From NCBI RefSeq assembly GCF_009914755.1, contig NC_060925.1: a stretch of DNA of 64,000 bases. One strand, 5' to 3'. Made by a program: the position numbers and the translations under genes. Of the stretch, positions 29,836 through 45,314 are shown one piece after another (the stretch's first letter is position 1; the number at the start of each line of letters is the position of its first letter). This DNA is from the human T2T-CHM13v2.0 reference genome, Homo sapiens. The notes under the pieces were generated by a model. That model searched no databases. It was not told where the DNA came from and saw nothing but the letters and a program-made list of their open reading frames with translations.

Positions 29836-30772
29836 TGATACAGTCTTTAGTTCGGTAGTTGACATTCCCGCCCGGGATCTTTGCATGAATATCTGTACTG
29901 ATAGAGAACTCAGCTACCCGACAGCGCTTTTCTCATACTGGGGCATATTTGGGTGATATGACCTAAGCCGGCGAACGGACCGGACCGACAGACAGAGGTA
30001 GATGTGGGCATTTTGCAGAGAAATTTAAAGATCAATTAGGTTGACATTTTGGTTCATGCCAAAGCTACTTCCTTCTAGCTCTTCTCCCTTTGACAGAGAG
30101 ATGGTACCATCCTTACCCTCCACAACCCATGTTGAATTCACCTACGATGCTTTTTAAAGGTTTCATCAATTGTCGTTATTGGATGTCTACGGTGTACAAA
30201 GCACTATGCTAGACGTTGGTGGTACAAAACCCAAAAGTGAGGAAGTAAAAATTCTCATTTCAAGGTGTTCGTAGAATACCTTGAACTTTCTGATGATTTT
30301 CCATCTCAGAGTTAAGGCCCGAATCCCTGAACTGGCTTATAAGGCCCTATGGAGTCTCCTGCTACTCTTTCCCTTCTTTATTTTACGGCAGAGAGAATAA
30401 TCTTATGTTTAAAGAGTCTACAAAGTTGGAGGTTCTTTGGGGGTATTAATTAGCAAAGAACCTGTCACAGAATAGACAGTACATTTTTGTCCCATTTCAG
30501 ATCTTGTGATTTTCTAATCTCTTTAGTAAATTATGGTCTGTAGTAATATACAAGAGAATTGACAAACTGAGTGTATACCTGTATAATCTGCCAACCACAT
30601 AACGTTCTGATGCATACAACCTCAATTTCCTGTTCCTCTCTCAAGTACTTTCCCTCTTTTGTCAAAATGTCAACCCTTGTTAAATCCAACATATTGCCTG
30701 GTCTTGTCCCTGTACCCATGCAGCAGTACGTTGCTGGGGAAAAACAAATTTGTGACGATTAACCTCATATAG

Positions 30773-31104
<332 letters not shown>

Positions 31105-31329
31105 AAAACAGAAGAGAACTTCCACCAGGTTTGCAACAACATAAACCCAATACTAGCATTTGTTATTTCTTTACTGTACTGTCTTCTTCTGCCTTCTGCT
31201 GGATCATTCCCACCAGCATGCATACTGTTACTTCTTCCATCAAAAAAAAAAAAAAAACCAACACCACCAACAAAATACACTTGCTGCCACTTCCCCCTTT
31301 AGCTTCTGCTCTTTTTCTTCTTAATTAGA

Positions 31330-32670
31330 AAGCAGACCTTCTAAGATATGTTTGTACTGTCTATTTCCTTTCCTAGTTTCTCTTGAACCTGCTTTAGTCA
31401 CATTCCCACCCGCATTTCATTAGAAACTGTTCTTGTTAAGATCACCACTTCCACTTTGCTAAATCCAGTAGTCGATTCTCAGTTAATGATCAGCAGCATT
31501 TTACCTCATTACTTCCTCCTCCTTGAAATGCTGTGTGCGCTTCCCAGGATTCAGTGCTCTTCTTATTGTCTTCTTACTTCACTGGCTGTTACCCCTCAAT
31601 CTCCTTTCTGCTTTTGCTTCACCTCCCTTACCTCTTAATCATGGTGTATTCCAACGCATAGTCATCGTGCCTCTTTCTGTCTGCATGCTTTCCCTTGAAG
31701 AGCTCATTCTGTCTCATGGCTTTAAATACCGTCAAAATTTTGACAATTTCCAAATTTATATTTCTACCCTGAACCTCTTCCCTGAACTCCAGACTTAAAT
31801 GTCCAACTACCTACTTGACTTCTCCACTTGGATTTCAATAGACAGCTCAAATATACCCATCACAGTTAATGGCAACTTTACCATTTTAACTCCTAAGACC
31901 AAGAAACCTTGGTGTCATCCCTATTTCTACTCTTCCTCTCACATCCCATATTCAGGTATTCAGCAAATCCTGTTCTGTCTTCAAATTATGTTCAGAATCC
32001 ACTACTTCTCACTACTCCTGCTGCTACAATCCTCATCCAAGCCACCATGATGTCTACCTGAACTATTGTTGTAACTCCTATCTGGTCTCCCTACATCATC
32101 CTTGTACCTCTTCAGTCTTCTCTCCACACAGTAGCCAGGGACTGATCCTTTAAAAATGTAATTTAGATCATATCATCTCTTTGACCAAAACTTTCTGATG
32201 ATTTTCCATCTCAGAGTTAAGGCCTGAATCCCTGAACTGGCTTATAAGGCCCTATGGAGTCTCCTGCTACTCTTTCCCTTCTTTATTTTACCGGCAGTCC
32301 CGCTGGCATCCTGGTGTTTCTCAGACCAGGCAGGTTCCTTCCTCAAGGCCTTTGCACAATGCCTGGAGCACTCTTCTATCAGGTATCTGCGTGACTAATT
32401 CCCTTACCTCCTTCAAACATCTCAGAGAGTCTACTCTGACTACCCTATTGAAAAGTATGATATGCTTCCCAGCTTTATCTTTCTCTATAGCACCTATCTT
32501 CTTGTAATCTTGTATATAATTGACTTAATGTTGTGTGTCTTCTCCTACTGGAAAGTAAGCTACACAAGGACAGACATTCTCTCTGTTTTATTCATTAATG
32601 TAGCTGTATCACCCAGAACAGCGACTGACATTTAGTAGCCACTCAGTAAATGTCTGTTGAATAAATGTAT
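31330..32670 (+). mobile_element. L2 LINE fragment
   Basis: ctccagact..atgtccaactacctacttgac.tctccacttgga; 3' tail gtaaatgtctgttgaataaatg. Confidence 0.85.
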
Positions 32671-33610
32671 CACTTCCAGGTTTTTAGATTAGCATATGCT
32701 TGGCCATCCAGGTAGGAGGAAGAGAACAAGATCTTATATGTGGTCTAAACTTAATAACTTTTGGACTGGTCCAATTAAATGGTCAGTTTGGAAGATGATA
32801 ACCACATAACTGAATATGGTCTGAAGAAAAGCTGGTATTTGTATATGCATTTTAGTTAGTAGTCTTCAATAATACAAAAAATCTCTTTTTGTTGGCATTA
32901 AGCTAACAAAATCCCTTTGCTAAACAGCAGGTGTTTATTTTGTTTATGGAAAGGCAAAATAATTATTGGATAGCTGTTTAGGTCAACATTCACTTCCCCC
33001 CTCCCCTTTGTTCCCTAACATGATACTCTTTCTCCCAAGAGATGGACTTTGGAGTTATATTTGGAATATTGAATGGTGGCACAGTACTTTATGGATTCGT
33101 TATTGTCCACAGTCATTCCATAATGAGACAGAGTGTCTAATGGCCTTGTCGCTATCATGCTAATGCATACTAAACTTTAGGCCATAATAGCACGACTCAG
33201 GGAAAATCATTTTGTTGATGCCAGACTAAAAAATTAAACCATGAAGCAATGAATTATTTTAAAGGCCCTCCAACCTCTGAGATACAAAAAGTAAGAAGTT
33301 TTTAAACATTAGACCATGTGTTGTGACATAATCTCCAGAGTTTCTAAGTGGTTACTCATATATACTTTGGTCTCTTCCCTGCCGAACTTGGAGTCAGCAA
33401 GATCCTCAGCCTGATCGCCCACGTGTATTTTTCATCCCAATCTCCTTTCCTTTTGCTCTGCTTGTTTCTTCACTGCCATTCCTCCCAGCTTGCCTTTCTG
33501 TGTTTCTCTGACTTTCCTCTAATATATCATGTGTCCCTTGCTTTTAACCAATCCTGCTGCTTCAGCTCTTCACAATTTATTATAAGTACGCTTAAAGATA
33601 CAGTACTTTC

Positions 33611-33907
<297 letters not shown>

Positions 33908-34432
33908 GTACTTTTTATTTGCTATAGGGCTTGGCTTATTTTAAGTGCACAGATATTTAACAAATTCATTATTATGTTAACAAAACAAAACTCCTATAAG
34001 AGTCTCCTAAGTTTCCATTTCCTTCAGCACTACAGCATTCGGCTCCCACCCTTGGGATCCTAGATGCAAAGATGAATAAGACACAGCCCTACCCTTGAGG
34101 AGCTTAAAGACTTAAAGAAGGGAAGGGAATGCTCCTAGAGATGACAGGAAGGAAACAGCAGGAATATTTATGAAAAAAATTGGTTTGGCCAATTTATATT
34201 CTAAAAGAGATCTGATTCATTAGGCATTGGAGAACACAGCAGGACAGAGGAAGTCATATCCATGTTTAGACAGGTGATGGAAGCAGCCTGAATTCCCAGA
34301 GTATGCTTGGTCCTTGCGTTGTAGGGATTCTTTAGAGGAAGATTTTTCTCTTTTCAGGATACTTGCCTATAAAGTAGTAAATGAAACAATTTTGCCAAAA
34401 TAAGAAACATAGGAAACATAGTTGCTAAATCT

Positions 34433-34751
34433 GGGCAGGCGTGATGATTCACACCTATAATCCCAGCACTGTGGGAGGCTAAATCGCAGATCACTTGAGG
34501 TCAGTAGTTCAAGACCAGCCTGGGCAACATGGTGAGACCACCCCCTGTCCCCCACCCATCTATACTAAACTACAAAAATCAGCTGGGCATGGTGGCACGC
34601 GCCTGTAGCCCCAACTACTCAGGAGGTTGAGGTGGGAGGATCACTTGAGCCAGGGAAGCAGAGGCTGTAGTGGGACAAGATCCTGCCACTGCACTCCAGG
34701 CCTAGGCGACAGAGTGAGACCTTGTCTCAAAAAGGAAAGAAAAGAAAAGAA
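34433..34751 (+). mobile_element. AluJ
   Basis: Diverged dimer with (AAAAG)n tail. Confidence 0.88.
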
Positions 34752-34821
34752 ACATATATACTAAATTGAATAAATACAACTCCCAGTGGTCTGCTTTGGG
34801 ATGTCTACATTTGTTTGTTTC

Positions 34822-34834
34822 GTGTGTGTGTGTG

Positions 34835-34877
<43 letters not shown>
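34822..34877. repeat. (TG)n microsatellite
   Basis: ~28 TG units with one CG interruption. Confidence 0.95.
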
Positions 34878-34879
<2 letters not shown>

Positions 34880-34986
34880 TTTTCCTCTTCACATTCAAGG
34901 TGAAGGCAGAGGGAAAGGAAGTTGCAAGCAGCACTTAAGGGAAAAGCAAATAATAGAGGGAGAACAAGGAAAGTGAGGTGTAAACT

Positions 34987-35628
34987 TGTTGTGCCCAGGG
35001 GTGTTAGAGAGAACGCCACACTTTGAGACGAATTAAGAGTCCTTTATTAAGCCGGCGGCCAAAGAGACAACTAATGCTCAAAATTCTCTCGGAAGGGGCT
35101 TGATTAACTTTTATATCTAGGTTTAGGAAGGGGAGGGGGACTCAAATGCAATAATTCTACAGAAGTAAAAACATGCAAGAATCAAAAGAAGCAAAATGGT
35201 TACAGAGAGATAAACAACTTAAAAGACAAATGGTTACAAGAAGAGCAACGGTACCAGGTGCAAGGTTCTAAATCCTTCATTATAATTAGATATAGGGTCT
35301 ATGCCGGACACGAACTCAAGGTTTTATGTTGTTATCTCTTTGAGAAAAATCCTGGGAACTTCATACATTGTTGGTGTTAGTACCTTATCAGTTAATTGGG
35401 CTTTTTTGAAATGCTGATTATCTGTTTACCCAGGCCAACTCCTTACGGAAGGGGGTTGGGTAATGAGCCCTTAGTGTCTTGTAAATTAAGAGGTCAATTG
35501 GAGTTTGTCCGGCCTTCCCAGCTAGAGAGAGTCTTACTTACATGAGAAGCAAAGCTAGGTGATTAAAGAGACAAGCAGGACAAAATTCAAAGTAACGAGT
35601 TAGAGTAAAAACAAGGTTAGGCGTTTCA
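34987..35628 (-). mobile_element. ERV1-class solo LTR (LTR15-like; family uncertain)
   Basis: TG...CA termini, 4-bp TSD AACT (34983-34986 / 35629-35632), minus-strand TATAAAAG (35108-35115) and AATAAA (35043-35048). Confidence 0.88.
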
Positions 35629-36397
35629 AACTGACTGAGAGGGAACCAGCAAACTTTAATGACTTCTCAGCATTTATAAAACATGCCGAATGCTAAGAAG
35701 GGAAATGGGCAAAGCACACAGCATATCACATACTACCAGAAGCTGCCTCCTCTGTTTGATTTCATATCACCCTGTGCTTATCCCATTGTAGCCGTTGGAT
35801 GTTACATAGTCTGATGACTGTGGTCATGAGACCATATCATAGAGGCATGTTTGTCTTCTGCTTCTAAACTGTTAGATCCTTGAGGATAGAAACTGTGGCT
35901 GAAGGTGAATATCTAGCACCTTGGAAGTTCCTGGTCCATAAAATGGCCAAGAAAAGAGAACGATTGTTATACATGTAATAGCCACTCCAAAGACATTTGT
36001 CAAACAAATGAATGCAAAAGGAATAACAGCTGCTGTGTCTCCTGGTGCTGGTTTCTGCCTACCTCCTTCCAAGTATTGTCCAGATCCCCAGCCTTAGACT
36101 TGTGATGCTGTCCAAAAACGGGTTTTAGAGAATATTTAAAGGACAGAGAGAGGACCCCTGACTTTTTAGGGTTTCCATTTTAACATGAAGCAGCCTCTCT
36201 GGTGTCCCAGTCTTGCATGTAGAAAGGAAGGAGATGTGTTCCATGTGAGTAGCCAAGGGAGACCTATCAAACAGCTGTTTGTCATGGACATGGAATTTCT
36301 GATTCTGGGGCTTCTGTTTAGATTCTGGCTTACTCCCTGCTCAGGTAAAGAACTGCAAAAATATTAACTCCTTATGCGTCAGTTTGATTAAGCAGAA

Positions 36398-36698
36398 TTT
36401 TTTTTTTTTTGAGACGGAATCTTGCTGTGTTGCCCAGGCTGGAGTGCAGTGGCGTGAACTCAGCTCACTGTAAGCTCCGCCTCCTGGGTTCACGCCCCAT
36501 TCTCCTGCCTCATCCTGTAGTTGCTGGGACTACAGGCACCTGCCACCACGCCCTCCTAATCTTTTTGTATTTTTTTTTTAGTAGAGATGGGGTTTCACCA
36601 TGTTAGCCAGGATGGTCTCGATTTCCTGACCTCGTGATCCACCTGCCTCGGACTCCCAAAAGTGCTGGGATTACAGGCATGAGCCACCATGCCTGGCC
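36398..36698 (-). mobile_element. AluY-like SINE
   Basis: Antisense dimer; TSD TGATTAAGCA. Confidence 0.93.
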
Positions 36699-37001
36699 CT
36701 GATTAAGCACATTTAAGTTTGAGGTAACAGCACGTCTCCCTTCATTGGATCACTCGGTAACTGGAAAACATACCTATTCTTGTAATGACACAAATGAAGT
36801 GGAGAAGCTATTTAAATTGGGAACACATCCAATGTTTTATTACATTTGAATTGCAGGGTCGGTATTCTTCAGTGCCCTTCATTTTTCTTCCAGCACTTTA
36901 ATGTAATTAAAAGGCCAGCCTAGAATGTTTTTACACTCGCAACTCTTCTATTTTATCTTCTCAGAGTTTCCAAATGTTATGCGTTTGAATTGTAGCCATT
37001 C

Positions 37002-37142
37002 CAGTAGTCCCCGTTCTCTTTGGGGTATATGTTCCAGGACCCACAGTGAGTGCCTGAAACCACAGATAGTATGGAACCCAATTACCATCCATCGGAACAC
37101 GTTTCTGTTCGTGCCTTCCACCCACAAATGTAATACTTTTCC

Positions 37143-37179
<37 letters not shown>

Positions 37180-37850
37180 AGAGAGAGAGACCGAGACAGG
37201 GTCTTGCTTTGTTGCCCAGGATGGGCTCGAACTTCTGGCTTCAAGCGATCCTCTCACCTCGGACTCCCAAAGTGCTGGTATCACAGATGTGAACCATGGC
37301 ACCTGGCCCTGCCTTTTCCATCTTAGCACTTCTCACATACTGTGGCCTTAATTTTTGCAGTTTGAAATGCCACAGCAAAACTAGCACAATTTCTTTTCTT
37401 TACAGTTGCACAGGTAGAAGATTCATTCTTACTGTAGATCTTAACCTCAGCATAAGATTGGTTTTTTCCTTATTAGTTGAGAACTTTCACCTTTTCACTT
37501 AAAGGATTTTACAGCTTCTCTTTGGCTGTAAAATTGCCAGCATCACTACTCTCATGCTTTGGGGCTATTATTAAGTCAAAGAAGGGTGACTTGAACCACA
37601 AGCACTGCAGTACTGCAATCCTCAATCCTGTTAACCTGGACAGCGACTAGATGACTAACAGGCGGGGAGCATCTGCAACGTGGACACGCTAGACAAAGGG
37701 ATGATTCACATCCCGGACAGTGGAGCAGGACAGCATGCAATTTAAAACTTATGCTTATTTCTGGATTTTTCCATTTCATATTTTCAGAATGCTGTTGACC
37801 TCGGGTTACAAACTGCAGAAAGCAAAACTGTGGCTACGGGAGGACTGCTG
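37002..37850 (-). mobile_element. MER44/Tigger7-type DNA transposon fossil with nested Alu monomer
   Basis: TIRs cagtagtcccc... / ...gggaggactgctg followed by TA; internal decayed transposase 5' sequence. Confidence 0.82.
37145..37309 (-). mobile_element. FLAM/Alu monomer with long poly-T
   Basis: Single arm, T~33 tract, inserted in the MER44 element. Confidence 0.85.
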
Positions 37851-38770
37851 TAGTTTTATAAAGTGAATGGTAGCATTGATGCATTTTTGTGAATAGTACT
37901 GCTTTAGAGGTCACATTTCTAATGAGCTTGTTTGTGTATACCTGCGTTTTTTATGTTCTAGTGATGTTGGAATTTGGTAACATTGTAATCACATGTGTCT
38001 AGAGAATCTGAACTCAAAATTGGTGACCCTTCAGGGGGGAATAAAGCCATTTAATGTGAACTGCTAAGAGCCAAGGGAGCCTTGATTCTGGAACCTAGAG
38101 CTAGGCTGCACAGCCTAGTTCCTTGCACAGCCCAGCACTCTCCAGACTGTACAGACAGTAGAGTCTGTCTCTACTCTAGCAGAGAAAGACCATTTTCTTT
38201 CCATATCCTTGATGTTACTGGAGAAAAACCCAGGCTTCCCCTGTTACCGGCCACCTCAGGATCATTCGGATCATGCCCCATTCTTTACCTACTTGCAGCT
38301 CTCAGTAGTTCTGGGGACAAGGTAACTGCTGAGTACTTTTCTCCAAATCATGTGCCAAGAACCATAAAGTCAGGGGCATCTAGCCAAGAGGCAACAATTT
38401 ATCAATGAAAGTGCATTATAAATATATTTATTTTGTAATAATTGCTACAAATTGAAAGTGGAATTGGACATAGAGTCTCTGTAGATTGAAAGTAAAATCT
38501 TCTGGAATACTTTCCTGCCTAAACTCAGTCTTTAAATTAGATATATTTTTAGCTTCTTGAATATGACGTTAAAATATTAATATTCCTAGCCTAGAAGATT
38601 ATATTTAGTCCTTTCTGAAACCCTTTCTTATATAGATGAACATTTTGTATCTGAATGGAAGTTTATATAAATAATTGCTAATATGGCCATATTGCTATCT
38701 GTGTCCAAAATAGACTCTGCTGTTTTGAAATCCTTGAGGATTTCAGAAAGTATACATTTGCTTGTTCTAA

Positions 38771-38935
<165 letters not shown>

Positions 38936-39438
38936 TAATTTTATTTGATGCTGTTACATTTTAAAAGAATAATAAGAATTTTAAACAGAAGTAAAGAATA
39001 TTATAAAAGAGGAAAAGAAATTCTAATGTGAGAGTGGGTCTTTTATTGCAACATATCTGGAAGTTTCTAGAAATAATAGATGTTGATTTTGAAAGGTGCA
39101 CAATGCTTAGTGAGTGTTTAAGAATATGGTCACTGGCAGGAAACTGACAAGCCATGATCTGAATTACCTGCTAGTAAATTGAAACAATCATCACTGGTTT
39201 TTAACAGAATACAATTAGACATATCCAGGTAGGGAGAGAATTATACCTAAATGAGTTAAGCAAACATTAAAAGAAAAATGTTTTTTTAAAACATAATTTA
39301 TTGCATTTTATACTTTGCTATTAAAGGAATGTATAAGGTAAATAACATTCAGTTTAATCAAAGTCCTGATTTATAAAGTTGAATTTTTCAAAATAAACTT
39401 TTAGTTTATTGAATTGTGAGCTCTTTAATAGTTTGGGT

Positions 39439-39606
39439 AGAGTTGACAGATAACATACAGGACAGTCAATTAAATTTGAATTTCATATATACCATGAATT
39501 AATTTTTTAGTATAAGAATGTCCCAAATATTGCATGGAACATACTTATACAATAAAAATGGATTCATGGTGTGTGTGAAACTCAAATTTAACTGGCGGTC
39601 CTGTTA
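39439..39606. mobile_element. MER53-type palindromic MITE
   Basis: acaggacagtcaattaaatttgaatttca...tgaaactcaaatttaactggcggtcctgt; self-complementary around aaatattgca. Confidence 0.82.
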
Positions 39607-39908
39607 TTTTATTTATTTATTTATTTTTGAGACGGAGTCTTGCTCTGTCACCCAGGCTGAAGTGCAGTGGCGTGATCTCGGCTCACTGCAGCCTCTACCT
39701 CCTGGGTTCAAGTGTTCTACTGCCTCAGCCTCCCAAGTAGCTGGGATTACAGGCACGCATCACCAAGCCCAGCTAATTTTTGTATTTCTAGTAGAGATGA
39801 GGTTCGCCATGTTGACCAGGCTAGTCTGGAATTCCTGACCTCAAGTGATCCTCCCACCTCAGCCTCCCAAAGTATTGGGATTACAGGCATGAGCTACTGT
39901 GCCCAGCT
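39607..39908 (-). mobile_element. AluS
   Basis: Antisense dimer with (TTTA)n tail. Confidence 0.92.
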
Positions 39909-40260
39909 CTTCCTCACTTTATATTGATGGAGAAAGTTCAACCTGAAGGAGGAATACATAGAAAAAAGCCAATTTTTGTTGCCTAGTATTTTTTATTTTA
40001 GCCAAAATTTCAGACTTTTAAGAATTAGGTTTTAATTGTTCTCTTTTAACATATTGAGTCATACTCATCCAGCTGGAGATATTTTTAAAAAACTGATGTT
40101 CAGACTAATAGTTTCTTATTCAATATCATGGAATCTTCAGATTAAGTCTATTCTCTTATTGCTGTTCCCACATATACATGAATCACATAAGTTTTTTGCT
40201 TGATTCTGTATAAAGGACAGAAATCAAAAATGTATAATGAAAGGTGAACTATTATTTAAA

Positions 40261-40432
40261 GCAGTGATTCTTAACTAGGGGTGCACATTAGAATCCCCCC
40301 AGAACTGTTTCAAAGTATGATGTCTATGTTGTACTATGAAGATTCTCAATCAGGACCTGGGCTCAGACATTTAAATTTTGAAAAAAATCTCCCCATGTGC
40401 TTCTGATGGACATTGCTGATTAAAACTCACTG
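40261..40432. mobile_element. MER5-type hAT fossil
   Basis: cagtgattcttaac...tgcacattagaatc...ttctgatg...aaaactcactg. Confidence 0.65.
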
Positions 40433-40554
40433 ATTACAAAATGACTACAATTAGCCACTTAATTGGGCAGTCCTGAATTTGAAAAGTGACTAGGTGGGAT
40501 GCCACAAATACTCTGTACCTGTTGATACTAGTGCAACTGGGTTTCCTTACCTAA

Positions 40555-40824
<270 letters not shown>

Positions 40825-41017
40825 TAAGAAGAGCTAGTTAATATGGGACTTAAGATGAAATTTTCAGCTCTACCACTACTAACCTACGAGGTGAGTGTGT
40901 TTGAATCACCTGCTTTTTAAAAATTTGTTACCACGTATATGGTATGGAAGTAGTTATGCTTATCGGATTAGAAAGTTTCATAAAATATTTCGAAGCACAA
41001 TATTGTTGATAAAATTC

Positions 41018-41342
41018 TTTTATTTTTATTATTATATATTTTTTAAGACAGGGTCTCACTCTGTTGCCTAGGCTGGAGTGCAGTGGCACAGTCACAGCTC
41101 ACTGCAGCCCTGAACTCCTGGGCTCAAGCAATCCTCCTGCCTCGGCCCCCCCAGGTAGCTGGAACCACAGGTATGCACCACCACACCATGCACCACCTCC
41201 AGCTAATTTTTGTATTTTTTTGTTGAGATGGGGGGTCTTTCCGTGTTGCCCAGGCTGGTCTTGAACTCCTGAACTCAAGCAGTCCTCCCACCTCAGCCTC
41301 CCAAAGTGCTGGGATTACAGGTGTGAGCCACTGTGCCTGGCC
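41018..41342 (-). mobile_element. AluJ (antisense to ARV1; candidate exonised)
   Basis: Antisense dimer; TSD ATAAAATTCTT. Confidence 0.93.
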
Positions 41343-41699
41343 AATAAAATTCTTAATGTTTAAGTTTTGATTATCCAATCTGAAAGTTAGCTAAGTCCTA
41401 TCTTTATTAATAGAGATAATTGCCAGACATTACCCAATGTATTGTACTAATTGCATTATACTAATGCAGTGTATTTAATAGGGTTTGGTATTTTTTGTTA
41501 CTTGTTACTTATCTGAGTGCATGCAGGGAATTTGGCTACTCCTCAAAATTCCTTAAGTTCAGGAAGTGCTTTTCAGAATTTCACTTCATAAGTTATTGTT
41601 TTCCTAGTGTCAGAATTGTGTTGAGCTAATTTCTGTGACTATTTTATTGCTAGTTCCATGCTTCTCTGCTTCTCAACTCTTTGATTATAATGAAATCTT

Positions 41700-43115
<1,416 letters not shown>

Positions 43116-43554
43116 GATTGCATACATTCATCCACGCACTCTTAACTTGAGCAAGTCACCATCAGTTACACTCGGTGATTATTCATTCACTATTCATTAT
43201 TATTCATTCCCTTAAGAAATATTTTTAAATACTTATTAGGTGCCAGTTACTACTTTAGGTACTTTAGGTACTAGAGATATATCCATGGAAAATACATAGA
43301 AAAATCTCCGCCTCCATTATTATGTAATTACTAAGGCTTATGACAGCTTAACCGCCATGATGTCCAGTCTATCGATAATTTTGTATACAATTTGGACTTT
43401 GCAACAATTTAAAATATTTGAAATATACAAAAGAATATGTTAACCTTTTTATCTTATGAAACATAATACTACTGAAAACATCCTTGAGCACATCATCTAG
43501 CCCAAGAACTAGAACCTAATATGATTTTAAACCTTAAAGCAAAGCCTCTTAAAA

Positions 43555-43868
43555 ATTTTTTTTAATTTTTATTTTTTTAAGAGTGAAGGTCTTGCTCTGT
43601 CACCGAGGCTAGGGTGCAGTGGCACAGTCATAGCTCACTGCAGCCTGGAGCTCCTGGGCTCAAGGGATCCCCCTGCCTCCGTCTCCTGAGTAGCTGGAAC
43701 TACAGGTACATGCTACTGTGCCTGGCTAATTTAAAAAAAAAAATTTATGTAAAGGCAGTATCTTACTCTGTTGTCCAGGTTGGTCTTGAACTCCTGGGCT
43801 CAAACAGTCCTCCCATATGGGCCTCCCAAAGTGCTGAGACTGCAGGCATCAGCCACTGTTCCTGGCCC
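43555..43868 (-). mobile_element. AluJ
   Basis: Diverged antisense dimer. Confidence 0.9.
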
Positions 43869-44084
43869 TTCTTAAAATTTCTAAAGATAAACTGTTATAT
43901 GTCCATATTTTGTATATACTATTAAAAACCAGGCTTGTTTTTAAATGGGTTGGAATTCTTATAGCAACTACTCTGTAGTAGATATTTTGATGCTTAATCA
44001 GAAGTTTCTTTCTACTATTACTTAACTTTTTTATGTGTCTTAGTCTAATCCCTAATTAGACTGTATAGTCCAAAAGAATATCTT

Positions 44085-44378
44085 GGCCGGGCGTGGTACC
44101 TCACACCTGTAATCCCAGCACTTTGGGAGGCCAAGACAGGTGGATTACTTGAGCTCAGAAGTTGGAAACCAGCCTGGGCAACATGGCAATATTCTGTCTC
44201 TACAAAAAATACAAAAATTAGCTGGGCATGGTGGCATGTGCCTGTAGTCCTAGCTACTTGAGGGGCAGAGACAGGAGGATCGCTTGAGCCCAGGAGGTCA
44301 AAGCTGCAGTGAGTCATGTTCATGCCACTGCACTTTTGCCTGGATGACCAAGACAGACTCTGTCTCAAAAAACTAAAA
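44085..44378 (+). mobile_element. AluJ
   Basis: Dimer; TSD AAAAGAATATCTT. Confidence 0.92.
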
Positions 44379-44926
44379 GAATATCTTACATAAATAAAGC
44401 ATTTTATAATTTAAAAACTGCTTTTACAGGAATTATTTAATTTTCACAATCATCCTCTGAGGTAGGTAGGTTAGGGGTTCCCCCATCTATAGCTGCAGAA
44501 ACATAGATGCATAGATTTTCCCGAAGTCTCACAGTGGGTCACTAGTGCTGAAACTGAGGAAAGTCTCCCGACCCCCTTCAGTGTTTTCCACACTGGAGTA
44601 TTCTATACGTAGGTAGCAGCTCCTTCTGAACTGACCTGATTGATGAGAGCCTGAGGGCTGGTGTAGTTCCATAAATCTCGTAAATCCTAAATTTAAAAGA
44701 TGTGGAGGTTATCTAGTCTAGCCTGTGTGGCGCAAGAAATCTTTCTGTCTAGACTCCTGAGAGATGCTGTAGCTTTGAGTGTCTCCAGTGACAGGAGTCA
44801 ACCCACCATTGTTAGATGGTTCTTGTTATTCGCTATTCTTTCACTATTTATTCATTCAAGGAATTATTTATTGTTATTTTTATCCAAAATCCAAGCTTTA
44901 CAATCTACCTGAGTACATTCTTGTAG

Positions 44927-45314
<388 letters not shown>

